NCBI GenBank assembly: GCA_963706745.1
Contig: CAVPMX010000003.1
Location: 101,132-165,131 of the forward strand
Direction: 5' to 3'
Source: an uncultured Actinomycetes bacterium
Lineage (GTDB): Bacteria; Actinomycetota; Acidimicrobiia; IMCC26256; PALSA-610
DNA: 64,000 bases
The notes beneath the pieces are model-generated. The model made no database searches. It was not told the origin of the DNA and saw only the letters and a program-made list of their open reading frames with translations. Of the stretch, positions 1 to 10,809 are shown one piece after another. Every line of letters starts with the position of its first letter. Position 1 is the first letter of the stretch. The translations under genes and the position numbers were made by a program.

Positions 1-541
1 GGAGCCGATCCCGGCTGCCGCGACCGCGAGTATCGAGACGAGCTGGGCGGCCTGACCCACCACCTGGCTCACTGCGACGCTCCGGAGCCACATGCCGCGC
101 CTGGAAGAGGAGTATCAGGGCGTACCAGGCCGACATGAGCACGAGGACCGATCCAGCGAGCGCGGTTGCGCGAACGACCTCGGGGTCGAAGCCGCCGAGT
201 GTCACCACGGCCATCGCGACGGCCCAGCCGACCAGTCCGATCACGATCCGCAGAGCCGTGTAGGAGCCGACGACGCGGCCGGCTTCGTCGTCGTCCGCCC
301 CGGTCATCGCGGAGATGACGAGGCGGCTCATGCGGAGCTCGGAGAGGAACCCAACCAGGCCCAGCAGGCCGAAGACGGTCGTGAACGCCCCGAACTGAGG
401 TCCGCTCAGGCGGCGCGCGATGAGCGCGGTTCCCGCCCACCCGAGGGCGGCCACGAGGTAGCGCGCGAAGGCGAGGGTCCCCGCTCCACCGAGCAGCGAC
501 CCCGACGCCGACGGTGTCGCCCTCCGGTCGCCCTCCGTCAC
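1..541 (-). CDS. Oligosaccharide flippase (Wzx/MOP family), N-terminal part; runs off the window
   Basis: Not in the ORF track. Manual translation from GTG at 541 (GTGA overlap with the upstream stop) gives MTEGDRRATPSASGSLLGGAGTLAFARYLVAALGWAGTALIARRLSGPQFGAFTTVFGLLGLVGFLSELRM. The 'LIARxLxxxxFG' pattern is typical of Wzx N-termini. Confidence 0.75.
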   Translation of the reverse strand, partial: MTEGDRRATPSASGSLLGGAGTLAFARYLVAALGWAGTALIARRLSGPQFGAFTTVFGLLGLVGFLSELRMSRLVISAMTGADDDEAGRVVGSYTALRIVIGLVGWAVAMAVVTLGGFDPEVVRATALAGSVLVLMSAWYALILLFQARHVAPERRSEPGGGSGRPARLDTRGRGSRDRL

Positions 542-1668
542 GCGACCTGCCCGAGGAAGCCCGCGACGGCGTTCGCGAACCTGGATCGGAACTCCTCGGG
601 CGTGTACCTCTCGGCGTGGACCCTGATCGCGTCGGGATCGAACGCCGAGCCGTCGAACCGGCGCAGCAGCGCAGCGAGCTCGGCGATGTGGTCGCCGTCG
701 TGCTCCGCGTCGTAGAGGTGACCGGTGACGCCGTCGACGACGGTGTCGAGGGCCCCCCCGGCCGCGAGAGCGATGACCGGCGCCCCGCATGCCTGCGCCT
801 CGACGGGGATGATCCCGAAGTCCTCCTTGCCCGGATAGAGCAGCGCCCTGCACCGCCTGTAGAGGTCGCGAAGCGTGTCGTCGTCGACTCGACCGAGGAA
901 CTCTGTGCGGGGCCCGGCGACCGCCTCGCAGGCCCGGCGTGCCCGACCTTCACCTGCGACCACGAGGCGCACCCCGGCCTCGCGCGCTGCGGCCACGGCG
1001 ATCTCCGGCCGCTTGTACGGAACGAGCCGACCGGCGACGAGGAAGAAGTCCTCTCTGGCGGCGTCGGGGCCGGGCGAGTAGAGACCGGTGTCGACCGGAG
1101 GCCAGACGACGGTGGAGTCGCGTCCCCACCACCGACGGACCCTGTCGGAGACCTCGCTGGAGTTGGCGATGATCCCGTCGAGGCGGGCGGCGGCAGAGCG
1201 GTCGGCGCGACGCTGAGTTGCGGCGAAGACCGAGAGCGCAGCGCGCCCGGCCCGTCCACCGATCTCGTGAGTGCGAGCAGAGGGATCCCACATCCACCGC
1301 GCCGGCGTGTGCGTGTAGGAGACGACCAGGGTGCCCTTCGGTGGCCTCACTCGATTGGCGAAGGCGTGATGGCTGGTGATCACGAGGTCGAACTCACGCA
1401 GGTCGAGGTGGGACATCGCCCACGGCAGCAGCGGCAGCAGATGGGCGTAGGAGTCGCCCCCGCGGTAGAGGCGTTGCAGAGGGCTCGGTCTGATGTCGGC
1501 GTCGGCGAGAACGGGCGAGGAGACGGCCCGATCGTGCATCGCGGTGAATATGGGAGCGTCCGGGAAGATCGAGTGGATCTGGGCGACCGTCTTCTCGGAC
1601 CCGGCGAGCACCGTGAGCTTCTCGTGCACGATGGCGACGCGCAGTCCCCCGAAGGAGGGGGAGTCCAC
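538..1668 (-). CDS. Glycosyltransferase family 4 (WbaZ-like)
   Basis: RVAIVHEKLTVLAGSEK N-terminus, GRLVPYKR, and EDFGIIPVEAQACG (GT-B ExF-G/E motif). Start trimmed to GTG 1668. Confidence 0.9.
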   Translation of the reverse strand: MDSPSFGGLRVAIVHEKLTVLAGSEKTVAQIHSIFPDAPIFTAMHDRAVSSPVLADADIRPSPLQRLYRGGDSYAHLLPLLPWAMSHLDLREFDLVITSHHAFANRVRPPKGTLVVSYTHTPARWMWDPSARTHEIGGRAGRAALSVFAATQRRADRSAAARLDGIIANSSEVSDRVRRWWGRDSTVVWPPVDTGLYSPGPDAAREDFFLVAGRLVPYKRPEIAVAAAREAGVRLVVAGEGRARRACEAVAGPRTEFLGRVDDDTLRDLYRRCRALLYPGKEDFGIIPVEAQACGAPVIALAAGGALDTVVDGVTGHLYDAEHDGDHIAELAALLRRFDGSAFDPDAIRVHAERYTPEEFRSRFANAVAGFLGQVA

Positions 1669-1670
1669 CC

Positions 1671-3109
1671 TCAGCTCCGCTCGTAGCCGTAGGTGTCGCG
1701 TCGGTTCAGGCGAGTGCTGTTCACCACCGCGCCCACGAGTGTCGCCCCGGTTCTCTCCAGTGCCGCGACCATCGTCTTGGCGGGGCGTCTCCGGGTGCTG
1801 CGAGCGTCGAGGACGATGATGGCGGCGTCGCACTGGGCCGCGACCGCCAGAGCGTCGGCGTACGCGGCCCCGGGCGGCGTATCGATCACGACCAGGTCGG
1901 CGGCGTCGAGGTCGTCGAGCAGCCGGCGGAAGGATCCGCCGCCGAGCATGCCGACCGTGTCGCTCGTCGTCGCACCACTCGGGATCAGCCGCAGGCTCGG
2001 GATGTTGGGGACCGCGTGAAGTGACTCGGAGACGCTCCCACCCCGGAGCGCGTCGCTCAAGCCGGGCTCGCGGTCGCAGCGCAGTCGCGTGTGGAGCACC
2101 GGCCTGCGCAGGTCGGCATCGATGAGGACGACCCGGGCATCGACGCCGGCGGCGGCCTCGGCGAGGTGCATGGAGACGAACGACTTCCCGGAGCCCGGAT
2201 TGGGGCTGACGACGGCGATCGTGCGCGGCCTACCGGCGCCCTCCAGGAGCATGAGGTTCGTCCGCAGCGTGCGGAAGGCCTCGACGACGTCGGGGCCGAC
2301 GCCTCGGGGGACCATCGCGAGCACCGGGAGGCCCGTGAGCTCGGTCACCGCCGCCGCATCTGTCGTGCGAGCGAGGCGGTCGCTGAAGGCGCGGCCCACG
2401 ACGAGGCCCTCGGCCGTGACGATCAAGGCCACGAGGAAGAAGAGCACTGCGTCGCGCTCCGGGCGCGGAGACACCGGGGTGGTGCCGGCGAGCGCCTGAG
2501 TCACCACGGAGACCCGGAAGAAGCCCTGCGACTGGACGTCGATGAGGGCAGCGTTGTTCACCGCGAGCGCCTGGTCGTATGCGGCCCACTCGGAGCTTCC
2601 CTCCGCGACCTGTGACATCGCCTCCTCGAGCGCGGCGACTCGACGCTCGATCTGATCGGCCCGTTCGGCTCGCGCCGTCGCCTGGTCGTCGCTGACGACG
2701 TCGCGGAGCGCCCCGGCCACGCCGCGTGCGACGCTCTCGGCCTGCTCGGGCGATCCGTCCGACGCCCGCACGAGGATGAGCCCGGAGGTGTCGGTGGTGA
2801 CTATCGAATAGTGGCCGAGCGTCTCCTCGTCGGAGTACGGGAGCTGCTCCAGCTCGGCCGCCCGCCCGGCGACGGTGGTGGTCATGCCGATCTCCGCGAA
2901 GTACTCGGCACGGAAGGCGAGCTGGTCCTGAGTGATGTCGGCCTGCGGATCGAGGACGTCGTCGCCGGCGACGCTGAGCAGCGTCTCCGCCGTGAACACA
3001 GGATCCCTGCTGTCGCTCCACGCGTAGTGGCCACGCCCACGACGAGGGCTACCAGGAGGATCCGCCACCAGCTCGCGACGACGACTCTCAGGTGGTCGGA
3101 CAGGTCCAT
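1671..3109 (-). CDS. Polysaccharide co-polymerase / tyrosine autokinase (Wzc/CpsCD-like); frameshift ~3025
   Basis: The Wzz-type N-terminus MDLSDHLRVVVASWWRILLVALVVG is in one frame. The rest (PVSPRPERD, EAFRTLRTNL, Walker A SPNPGSGKS, LIDADLRRP, VIDTPP, C-terminal YGY) is in another. Confidence 0.9.
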
Positions 3110-3171
3110 GGTCGGCACAGTCTAAGCGGCGTGTCGGGCGCGCTTCGCGTACCGGGGTACCCTGCCGCCCG

Positions 3172-4602
3172 GTGTACGTACTGACCGCGCGACGGCAACG
3201 GCCTGCTCCCATGGTCGTGATCGTCGCTGTCGCGGTGGCGGCAGCGACGCTGGCGACGGGTCTTGCGGTGCTGACCGGATCGGCGGAGCGATTCGTCTCG
3301 GCGCTCGACGGCGTCGCATCCCGCCTCGTCGACGCCGGCCCGCTGCTGCTCCTGCTGGCGCTCGCCTGGCCGGTGGCACTCTGGATCGCGCTCCGCCCGC
3401 AGCGTGGGATGCTGGTGCTCGTCGCGTTCGTCCCGTTCGACGGGCTGCTCGACATCGTTCCGACGCCCCCGTTCGCCGAGGGTTGGAAGGAGGCGCTGCT
3501 CGTCTGGACACTCGTCTGGTCTGTGTTCGCAACGGTCGGCAAGGAGCGCGAGAAGTCGCGGCTACCGGAGTTCGTCGGTCCGCTTGCGATCTACGCAGGT
3601 GTCGGGTTGGCCTCGGCTGTCTTCGTGAGCGGCGCACAGGCACTCGTCGGCCTGAAGATCGGATACCTGTTCGCGGGTGCTCTCGTCGTCCTGTGGCTCC
3701 GGCCGTTCGACGCCCGGGACCGTGACCGAATGATCAGCATCATGATGGGCGTGGGAGTCGTCACGGCGCTGGGTGGCCTGGCGCAGCAGGCGCTGGGGCA
3801 CGAGGGCGTGAACGCTCTCGGCTACGAGTACAACAAGACCATCCGCTTCACCGGCGGGTACATGCGCTCGTTCTCCACTTTCGACCTGCCGTTCGCGTTC
3901 GGCTTCTTCCTGGCCACCGTCCTGCTCGTCGGCGTACCTGTCGCCATGTCGGAGCCGAGGCGCGCTCGGAGCGCGGTGTTCTTCGCTTCGGCACCGGTGA
4001 TGGTGCTCGCTCTCGCCTTCACGTTCGTGCGCGCGGCCTGGGTCGTCCTCGGGGTCGGTCTCCTGTACCACGCGATCCACAGGTACCGGTGGCTGCTCCT
4101 CGGCGTCCCGGTAGCCGCGTTGGGACTGGTGATGCTGCCGGGACAGCTCGCGGAGCCTGCGTTCCAGTCGGAGAGCCTCGGCGAACGGCAGACCGGGTGG
4201 GTCGAGAACCTCGGGCAGGTGACGGCGGAGCCGCTCGGCAACGGGATCGGAGCCACCGGCAGCGCCGCGGAGAAGACCCGCGAGGTGACGCAGCGCGACT
4301 TCGACGTGTACCAACCCGACAATCAGTACTTCAAGGCGGTGTACGAGCTGGGTGTGGTCGGGCTCTGGGCGTTCGCCCTCACTCTGGTGACGGCGTTCCT
4401 CTACTTGCGGCGCGTGGACCGTGACCTCACGGGCACCGACAGGGCACTCGCCGACGGCGTCGCGGCGAACCTGCTCGGGGTCGGCGTAGCGTGCTGGGTC
4501 GCGACGTACTTCGAGATATTCCCCATGGACTTCTACTTCTGGACGCTGCTGGGAGTCGTGACGACGTGCGCGCGCGCATCGTCCTCAACGCGCTCGCCCT
4601 GA
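3172..4602 (+). CDS. O-antigen ligase/polymerase (Wzy_C) family membrane protein
   Basis: Many TM segments, RSFSTF, TFVRAAW, PLGNGIG, and DNQYFKAVYELGVVGL (Wzy_C-like motifs). Confidence 0.85.
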   Translation: MYVLTARRQRPAPMVVIVAVAVAAATLATGLAVLTGSAERFVSALDGVASRLVDAGPLLLLLALAWPVALWIALRPQRGMLVLVAFVPFDGLLDIVPTPPFAEGWKEALLVWTLVWSVFATVGKEREKSRLPEFVGPLAIYAGVGLASAVFVSGAQALVGLKIGYLFAGALVVLWLRPFDARDRDRMISIMMGVGVVTALGGLAQQALGHEGVNALGYEYNKTIRFTGGYMRSFSTFDLPFAFGFFLATVLLVGVPVAMSEPRRARSAVFFASAPVMVLALAFTFVRAAWVVLGVGLLYHAIHRYRWLLLGVPVAALGLVMLPGQLAEPAFQSESLGERQTGWVENLGQVTAEPLGNGIGATGSAAEKTREVTQRDFDVYQPDNQYFKAVYELGVVGLWAFALTLVTAFLYLRRVDRDLTGTDRALADGVAANLLGVGVACWVATYFEIFPMDFYFWTLLGVVTTCARASSSTRSP

Positions 4603-5606
4603 GGCCGGGCGGCAGCGGTGTGCAGACGTACATCCGCCAGCTGCTCAGAGCCCTCCCCGGGTGCTTAGAAGGCGACCTTGCCGCGGTCGTGCAGTCCGAT
4701 GCGACGCGTGAGCTGCCGGCGGTCGTGACCCCGATGGAGAGACGACCGTGCGACGGCGTCAGACGGTCGCTCGAGGGACTCCGCTCCGTTGGAGCAGCCG
4801 ACCTCGTCCACGGCCTCGACGTCGACCTGCCCCTGAGATCGGCGGCCCCTACCGTCAGCACGGTGCACGACCTGTCGCTGCTCGACGCACCCTGGGCGTA
4901 CGGCAGGCTCCGCCGCGTCGCGAAGCTGACCACCACGCGACGCGCCGTACGGCGTGCCGACGCGCTCATCGCCGTCTCGGGCTTCACCGCAGACCGGATC
5001 CGGCACCACTTCCGGCGCGAGGCGGTCGTGGTCCACCTCGCGCCCGGCCCGGGATTCGCGCCCCCGATCCGGACGACGTCGTGAAGGTACGCGAGATGTA
5101 CGGACTGCCGCCCGAGTTCGTCCTGCACGTCGGGAACATCGAGCCCAGAAAGGACGTCCCGACGCTGGCGGCGGCGTGCCGCGAGGCCGGGGTGCCCCTC
5201 GTGCTCGCCGGCGGTTCGATCGCGACCGTCGAGGTCCCGGCGGGGGCGAGACCTCTCGGCTACGTCGACGCCGCCCGGCTCCCCGCGCTGTACGCGGCGG
5301 CGTCGGCCGTCGCCTACGTGTCGCGGTACGAGGGCTTCGGGCTACCGCCGCTGGAGGCCATGGCCTGCGGCGCCGCAGTGGTGGCGACCCGTGTGGGTGC
5401 GCTCCCCGACCTCGTCGACGGAGCGGTCGAGTGGGTGCCGGCTGGCGATCCGGGGGCCCAGGCCGCCGTCATCCGGTCTCTCGTGGTCGACGAGGAGCAC
5501 CGGAGCGCACTTGTCGACGGCCGGATTGGCGGCGGTGGCGCGGCTCTCCTGGGCGGAGACGGCGCGGCGCACCGCCGACGTCTACAGGTCACTCGGCGTG
5601 CGGTGA
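4566..5606 (+). CDS. Glycosyltransferase family 4; frameshifts ~5065 and ~5520
   Basis: GGSGVQTY, TVHDL, VGNIEPRK, YEGFGLPPLEAMACG and LSWAETARRT spread over three frames. Confidence 0.88.
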
Positions 5607-7114
5607 GCGACGCAGCGGTGGGTCCGGGACCGCTGAGAGCAGCGCCGACGAGGGCGGTCGTCGCCGTCGTCACCGGCGAGACGCTCCTCGCCCTGGTCCT
5701 CGGAGCGGCCTTCCTCGGAGAGCGGGGGTTCTGGCTCGACGAGGCGTTCACCTGGTCCACTGTCGACAGGCCGTTCACCGACCTGCTCCACCTGCTGGTG
5801 ACCCGTGAAGGGTTCCAGATCCTCCACTCGCTGCTGCTCTGGCCACTGAACCAGATCTCGAGCACCCCCGTGATGCTGCGCTCGCCCTCGGTGCTCGCAT
5901 TCGCTGCTGCGGTACCGGCGGTCTGGCTCGCGGGGCGCCGGCTGTTCGACGACCGCGCCGGGCTCTGTGCGGGGATGCTCCTCGCCGTCAACGGTCTCGC
6001 ACTCCAGTACGCGCAGGAGGCCCGTTCGTACGCGCTCGCGATGATGCTCTGCGCGTACGCGGCGGCGTGTCTGGCGGGCGAGGTGAACGGGCCCACGCGC
6101 GGCGGGCGTCGAGTGTGGATCGTCTTGTCGGCACTGGCCGTATACGCACACGGGTTCGCGGTGCTGGCGATCGGCGCGCAGGTGGTGTCGGTGATTCTCC
6201 TGCCGCCGGGCCGTGTCCGCCGTCGCCTCGTGTCGGGCGCCGCGCACATCGGCCTCCTCGCGGCACCTGCGGTCGTGCTCCCGTTGCTTCACGCCGGTCG
6301 GGCCGATGGCGGGGCTTGGAACGAGACGACGAGTCTCTCGACCCTGCGGGAGCTCGTCTGGCTCCTCGCGGGCCGCACCGTGACGGCGATCCCGGTGTAT
6401 GCGATCGGGGGAGGGGTCGCGCTGCTCGCCGCGCTGGGCGCCTGGAAGCGCCATGGACGGTCCGATGTGGTGTGGCGACACGGAATGCCGCTCATGTGGC
6501 TCGTGCCTCCGTTGGTGGTTCCGCTGGTCATCGCGATGCTTCGACCCGATCTGGCACTACCGATACGCGATGCCGAGCCTCGGCGCCCTCGTCGTGCTCG
6601 CCGGCTACGGCCTGACGCGGATCGAGGGGCGCAGGTGGTCGGCGGTGGTGCTCGCCGTCGCCTTCGTTCTCACGGCTCGGGGCGTACAGCCGGGCACGAC
6701 TACGAAGGCGTGCCGGGGACCGATGCCTGGACGCACTCCGAGGAGATGGTTGCGTGGATGTCTCCGGAGGTCGAGCACGGCGACGGGATCGTCTTCGTGA
6801 CCGACAGGGCCAGGTTCCCATTCGAGTTCTGGGCCCGTCACACCGACATCGTCGCCGAAGCGGTGCCCGTGTACCCGCCCCAGCCATGGGGCGAGTACCG
6901 GACCGGCGACCAGCCGCCCGACGCAGCGGTGCCGAGCGAGGGGGAGGCCGACGAGACCATCGCGGATGGGCCGGACCGCCTCTGGGTCGTCGCTGCGCAT
7001 CACGACCGCGACGTCGTAGACGCCTACGTGAACCGGCTGCTGGCCGCGTACGAGGTCCAGCGCCACGTCTGGTTCGCCGGCGAGGAGGAGATCAGGTTGC
7101 TCGTCCGTCGCTGA
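5603..7114 (+). CDS. GT-C fold membrane glycosyltransferase (PMT_2/ArnT-like, GT39/GT83); compensating frameshifts ~6545 and ~6690
   Basis: FWLDEAFT (DE motif after TM1), LRSPSVL, QYAQEARSYAL, many TMs, and a C-terminal extracytoplasmic domain. The segment IWHYRYAMPSL is in an alternate frame. Confidence 0.82.
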   Translation: MSDAAVGPGPLRAAPTRAVVAVVTGETLLALVLGAAFLGERGFWLDEAFTWSTVDRPFTDLLHLLVTREGFQILHSLLLWPLNQISSTPVMLRSPSVLAFAAAVPAVWLAGRRLFDDRAGLCAGMLLAVNGLALQYAQEARSYALAMMLCAYAAACLAGEVNGPTRGGRRVWIVLSALAVYAHGFAVLAIGAQVVSVILLPPGRVRRRLVSGAAHIGLLAAPAVVLPLLHAGRADGGAWNETTSLSTLRELVWLLAGRTVTAIPVYAIGGGVALLAALGAWKRHGRSDVVWRHGMPLMWLVPPLVVPLVIAMLRPDLALPIRDAEPRRPRRARRLRPDADRGAQVVGGGARRRLRSHGSGRTAGHDYEGVPGTDAWTHSEEMVAWMSPEVEHGDGIVFVTDRARFPFEFWARHTDIVAEAVPVYPPQPWGEYRTGDQPPDAAVPSEGEADETIADGPDRLWVVAAHHDRDVVDAYVNRLLAAYEVQRHVWFAGEEEIRLLVRR

Positions 7115-7156
7115 ACCGCCGTCGACAGGTCGGTGATCGTGAGGCGGTGCCGGCCT

Positions 7157-8268
7157 TCACCAGCCCGTCCGGCGGATCGCGTCGAGGCACCTCTCCGACG
7201 CGTCCCCGTCGCCGTACGGGCAGGGGATGGTCGCGAGATGCGCGTGCAGCCCGGCGATGTCGGCGAGCCACTCACGCGCCACGTCGCCGACACGCGGCCC
7301 CGGTGGGACGAGCACGCTGAAGGTCCCGAGCACCTCGGGGCGCTCGGTCGAGCGTCGTACGACGATCACCGGGCGCTTCAGCACGCTCGCCTCCTCCTGT
7401 ACGCCCCCGGAGTCGGAGACGAGCAGCGCGCACGCCGACGCGAGGCCCAGAAAGGTCGCGTACCCGGCGGGCGGTTCGACGATGAGGCCGTCGAGGAGAT
7501 CGGAGAGACCGGCGGCGCGGGCGCGCTCATCGGTGCGCGGGTGGACGGGGAACACGACGGGCAGCGCAAGAGAGCTCAGCTCGGCGAGGATCGCCGCAAG
7601 GGCCCGGGCGTCGTCGACGTTCTCGGGACGGTGGAATGTGGCGAGCACGTAGCCGTCTCGCTGCCAGGCCTCGGGATGCGAGCATCGCGTCCGTCTCGGT
7701 TGCCGAAGGACACAGCCACCCGACGGCGTCGACCACCGTGTTGCCCGTGACGACGACGCGTTCGGGGCCGTGGATGCCCTCGGCTGCGAGGTTCTCCATG
7801 CTGGTCGGGGTGGGCGCGCAGCAGAGGTCGGCGAGGTGGTCGACGAGGACGCGGTTGTGCTCCTCGGGCATCGCCCGGTCGTAGGAGCGCAGACCTGCCT
7901 CGACGTGCACGAGCGGCAGCCCCGCTGCGTTCGCGGCGAGCGCGCCCGCAAGGGCCGCGTTGGTGTCGCCCTGCACGATCACGCCGCGGAAGCGCCGGCG
8001 TGACAGCAGGTCGTCGATCCGCAACGTGGCGTCGGCGATCTGGCGTCCGCGTGACCCGCCGCCCACGTCGAGCTGGACGTCGGGCGCGGCGGAGCCCGAG
8101 CGTCTCTGTGAACTCGGCCGCCATCGTCGGTGAGAAGTGCTGCCCCGTGTGAACCAGGAATGCCTCGGATCCGAGGCCACGCACGATCCCGAGGAGCTTC
8201 ACGGCCTCGGGACGCGTCCCGAGCACCACGGCGAAGGGCGCGGACGCCTCCTGGAGCGATTCCTCCAC
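7157..8268 (-). CDS. wecB: UDP-N-acetylglucosamine 2-epimerase (non-hydrolysing); frameshifts ~8090 and ~7665
   Basis: VLGTRPEAVKL, HTGQHF, VQGDTNA, HVEAGLRS, MPEEHNR, TFHRPEN, SDSGGVQEEA, TERPE and PYGDG. Confidence 0.93.
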
Positions 8269-8560
8269 ACTTCCCCCATTCGGCGCCTGTGGCTGCGTCC
8301 CGAGACTAACGACGGCGCACGTCGATCGGCAGTACCGCAGACGCGGCGCGCACGGGAACTCCGAGCGGTCGGGTTCGGCGAGCGGCGAGGCTGCCGATAG
8401 GAGGTGGCCGGTGCCGAGACCGCTGGGCTGTCCACAACGCCCGAGAGGTACCCTCTCGCAACGATAGTCACTTGGGAGGCAGTTCGAAGTGAGGGCTCCT
8501 GTGAGGATGCGACCGCCCCTGGGGGAGCGTTGACCACGAGCGCGATCGGCCGCGGGCTCG

Positions 8561-9769
8561 ATGCGTCTGCCCTCCGACCAGGATGCCTCCGGGCGCTCGC
8601 TCGGCGACGAGGAGGTCGCCCTGCTCCGCGAGGTCATCGAGAGCGGGGTCCTGACGAGCACGAAGGGCGCGAAGGTCCGGGCGTTCGAGGCCGGGTTCGC
8701 GAAGAGCCTCGGCTCGGCCCGGGCCGTCGCGTGTGCCTCCGGGACCGCAGCGATCCACGCCGCGGTCGCCGCGATCGACCCGGAGCCCGGAGAAGAGGTC
8801 GTGACCACGTCGGTCACCGACATGGGGGCGATCACTCCCATCCTCTACCAGGGGGCGATACCGGTCTTCGCCGACGTGGATCCGGTCTCGTTGAACGTCA
8901 CGGCCTCGACCGTGGAGGCGGTGCTCTCCGAGCGGACCCGCGCGATCGTCGTGACCCACCTCTTCGGACACCCTTGCGATCTCGAAGGGATCGGCGAGCT
9001 GGCGCGTTCACGTGGCGTGCCGCTCATCGAGGACTGCGCTCAGGCGTACCTGGCCTCGAGCGGCGGGACGCCGGTAGGCACCGCGGGTGCGGTCGGCAGC
9101 TTCAGCCTCCAGCAGGGCAAGCACATCACCACCGGCGAGGGCGGGGTGGTCGTCACGTCGTCCGACGAGCTGGCCGACAGGATGCGTCGCTTCGTCAACA
9201 AGGCGTGGGACTACGACGCCCCGGCAACGGACCACGACTTCATAGCGTTGAACTACCGGTTGACGGAGCTCCAGGGGGCTGTGGCGCTGGCGCAGCTCGA
9301 CAAGCTCGCAGCCGGAGTCGCGACGCGCATCTCGAACGCCGGTCGCCTGAGCGCCGCGCTGTCGGGCATCCCGGGGATCTCCGTGCCCGTGCCGGCGGCC
9401 GGTGACGTCCACTCGTACTGGCGCTACGCCTTCCATGTCGACTCCTCTGCAATCCCCGGGGGGCCGGGCGCACTCGCCGCCGAGCTCCGCCTGCACGGCG
9501 TGGCGTCGGCTCCCCGATACATCCAGAAGCCGGCCTTCCGCTGCGGGCTGTTCGTCAACCAGCAGACGTTCGGGAAGAGCCGGTGGCCCTTCACGATCGC
9601 CCGGCCGGAGGCCGTCGACTACGACGCTTCGAGGTACCCGGGGACGTTCGCGGCCCTCGACAGCGTCCTGGTGCTCCCCTGGAACGAGCGGTACTCCGGG
9701 AGCGACGTCGACCGGCTGGGTGAGTCGATCGCAGCCGCCGTCACCGGGTTGACCGGGGCACCGGCATGA
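8561..9769 (+). CDS. DegT/DnrJ/EryC1/StrS PLP-dependent sugar aminotransferase
   Basis: SGTAAIH, IEDCAQA, FSLQQGKHITTGEGG and NYRLTELQGA. The true start may be TTG 8530 (after GGGGGAG) if there is a frameshift. Confidence 0.92.
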   Translation: MRLPSDQDASGRSLGDEEVALLREVIESGVLTSTKGAKVRAFEAGFAKSLGSARAVACASGTAAIHAAVAAIDPEPGEEVVTTSVTDMGAITPILYQGAIPVFADVDPVSLNVTASTVEAVLSERTRAIVVTHLFGHPCDLEGIGELARSRGVPLIEDCAQAYLASSGGTPVGTAGAVGSFSLQQGKHITTGEGGVVVTSSDELADRMRRFVNKAWDYDAPATDHDFIALNYRLTELQGAVALAQLDKLAAGVATRISNAGRLSAALSGIPGISVPVPAAGDVHSYWRYAFHVDSSAIPGGPGALAAELRLHGVASAPRYIQKPAFRCGLFVNQQTFGKSRWPFTIARPEAVDYDASRYPGTFAALDSVLVLPWNERYSGSDVDRLGESIAAAVTGLTGAPA

Positions 9770-10800
9770 GTGCGCCTCTCAGATTCGGGCTAGTGGGTGC
9801 CGGCGGAATAGGCGAGGCGTACACGGGTGTCTTCGCGGACCTCGACGAGGCGCGCCTCGACGGCGTCGCCGACACCGACGCCGACCGCGCCCAACGGGTA
9901 TCGGCGGCTCTCGGCTGCGTGTCGTTCCCCGACCACCGTTCGCTCGTCGACGCCGTTCCTCTCGACGCGGTGATCGTCTGCACGCCGCCGTCGACACACG
10001 TCGGAATTGCGCGCGATCTCGTGGATCGCGGCATCGCCGTGCTGGTCGAGAAGCCCTTCGCGATACGCCCCGACGACGCGAGAGGACTCATCGACCTTGC
10101 CGAGCGCGCGGGTGTTCAGGTGACGATGGCCTCGAAGTTCAGGTACGTCGACGACATCGTGCAGGCGCGGCGCCTGCTCGACGCCGGTCTCGTCGGTGAG
10201 CCGGTCCTATACGAGAACACGTTCGCGTCACGCGTCCCGATGGCCGGCCGTTGGAACTCGGTCCCGGAGGTGAGCGGTGGCGGCGTGCTGATCGACAACG
10301 GCACCCACTCGGTCGACGTGGCGCGCTACTTGTTCGGGCCGGTCGTCGAGGTCGGTGCGAGCGAGGGCAGGCGCGTCCAGGGCCTCGCCGTCGAGGACAC
10401 CGCACAGATGCTCCTGCGGCACGACGACGGCACCCTCGGCTCTGTTGCGCTCTCGTGGAGCACCGAGACGGCCGGCGACGTCTACATCGGCGTCTACGGC
10501 TCCGAAGGGGCGATCGAGATCGGGTGGAAGTGCTCACGTCGGCGGGAGGCCGCGAGCAACGAGTGGACGGCGTTCGGAAACGGCTACGACAAGGGCGCGG
10601 CACTTCGCGCTCAGGTCGTGAACTTCGCGCATGCGTTGCGGGGTCGAGAGCACCTCCTGATCACGCCGGCGGACGCAGTAGCCTCGGTCGACGTGATCGC
10701 TGCCGCGTACCGGTCCGTAGCCAATGGAGCTCGGGTCCCGGTGTGCACGGCGTCCGTGGTCTCGGCCGACGGGGCCTCTCAGGGCTCGCAAGTCGCGTAG
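9766..10800 (+). CDS. Gfo/Idh/MocA family oxidoreductase
   Basis: GLVGAGGIG, VLVEKP, and GGGVLIDNGTHSVD. Confidence 0.92.
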   Translation: MSAPLRFGLVGAGGIGEAYTGVFADLDEARLDGVADTDADRAQRVSAALGCVSFPDHRSLVDAVPLDAVIVCTPPSTHVGIARDLVDRGIAVLVEKPFAIRPDDARGLIDLAERAGVQVTMASKFRYVDDIVQARRLLDAGLVGEPVLYENTFASRVPMAGRWNSVPEVSGGGVLIDNGTHSVDVARYLFGPVVEVGASEGRRVQGLAVEDTAQMLLRHDDGTLGSVALSWSTETAGDVYIGVYGSEGAIEIGWKCSRRREAASNEWTAFGNGYDKGAALRAQVVNFAHALRGREHLLITPADAVASVDVIAAAYRSVANGARVPVCTASVVSADGASQGSQVA

Positions 10801-10809
10801 CGTCGGGCG

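Noticed and set aside
4748..7114. 788-aa GT4-GT-C fusion
   Set aside because: The GT4 C-terminal motif and stop (5606) are in another frame with a GTGA overlap.
8393..8398. Other GCCGAT hexamers (8393, 54316) as sigma-28 promoters
   Set aside because: No matching -35 element at 15-17 bp spacing.
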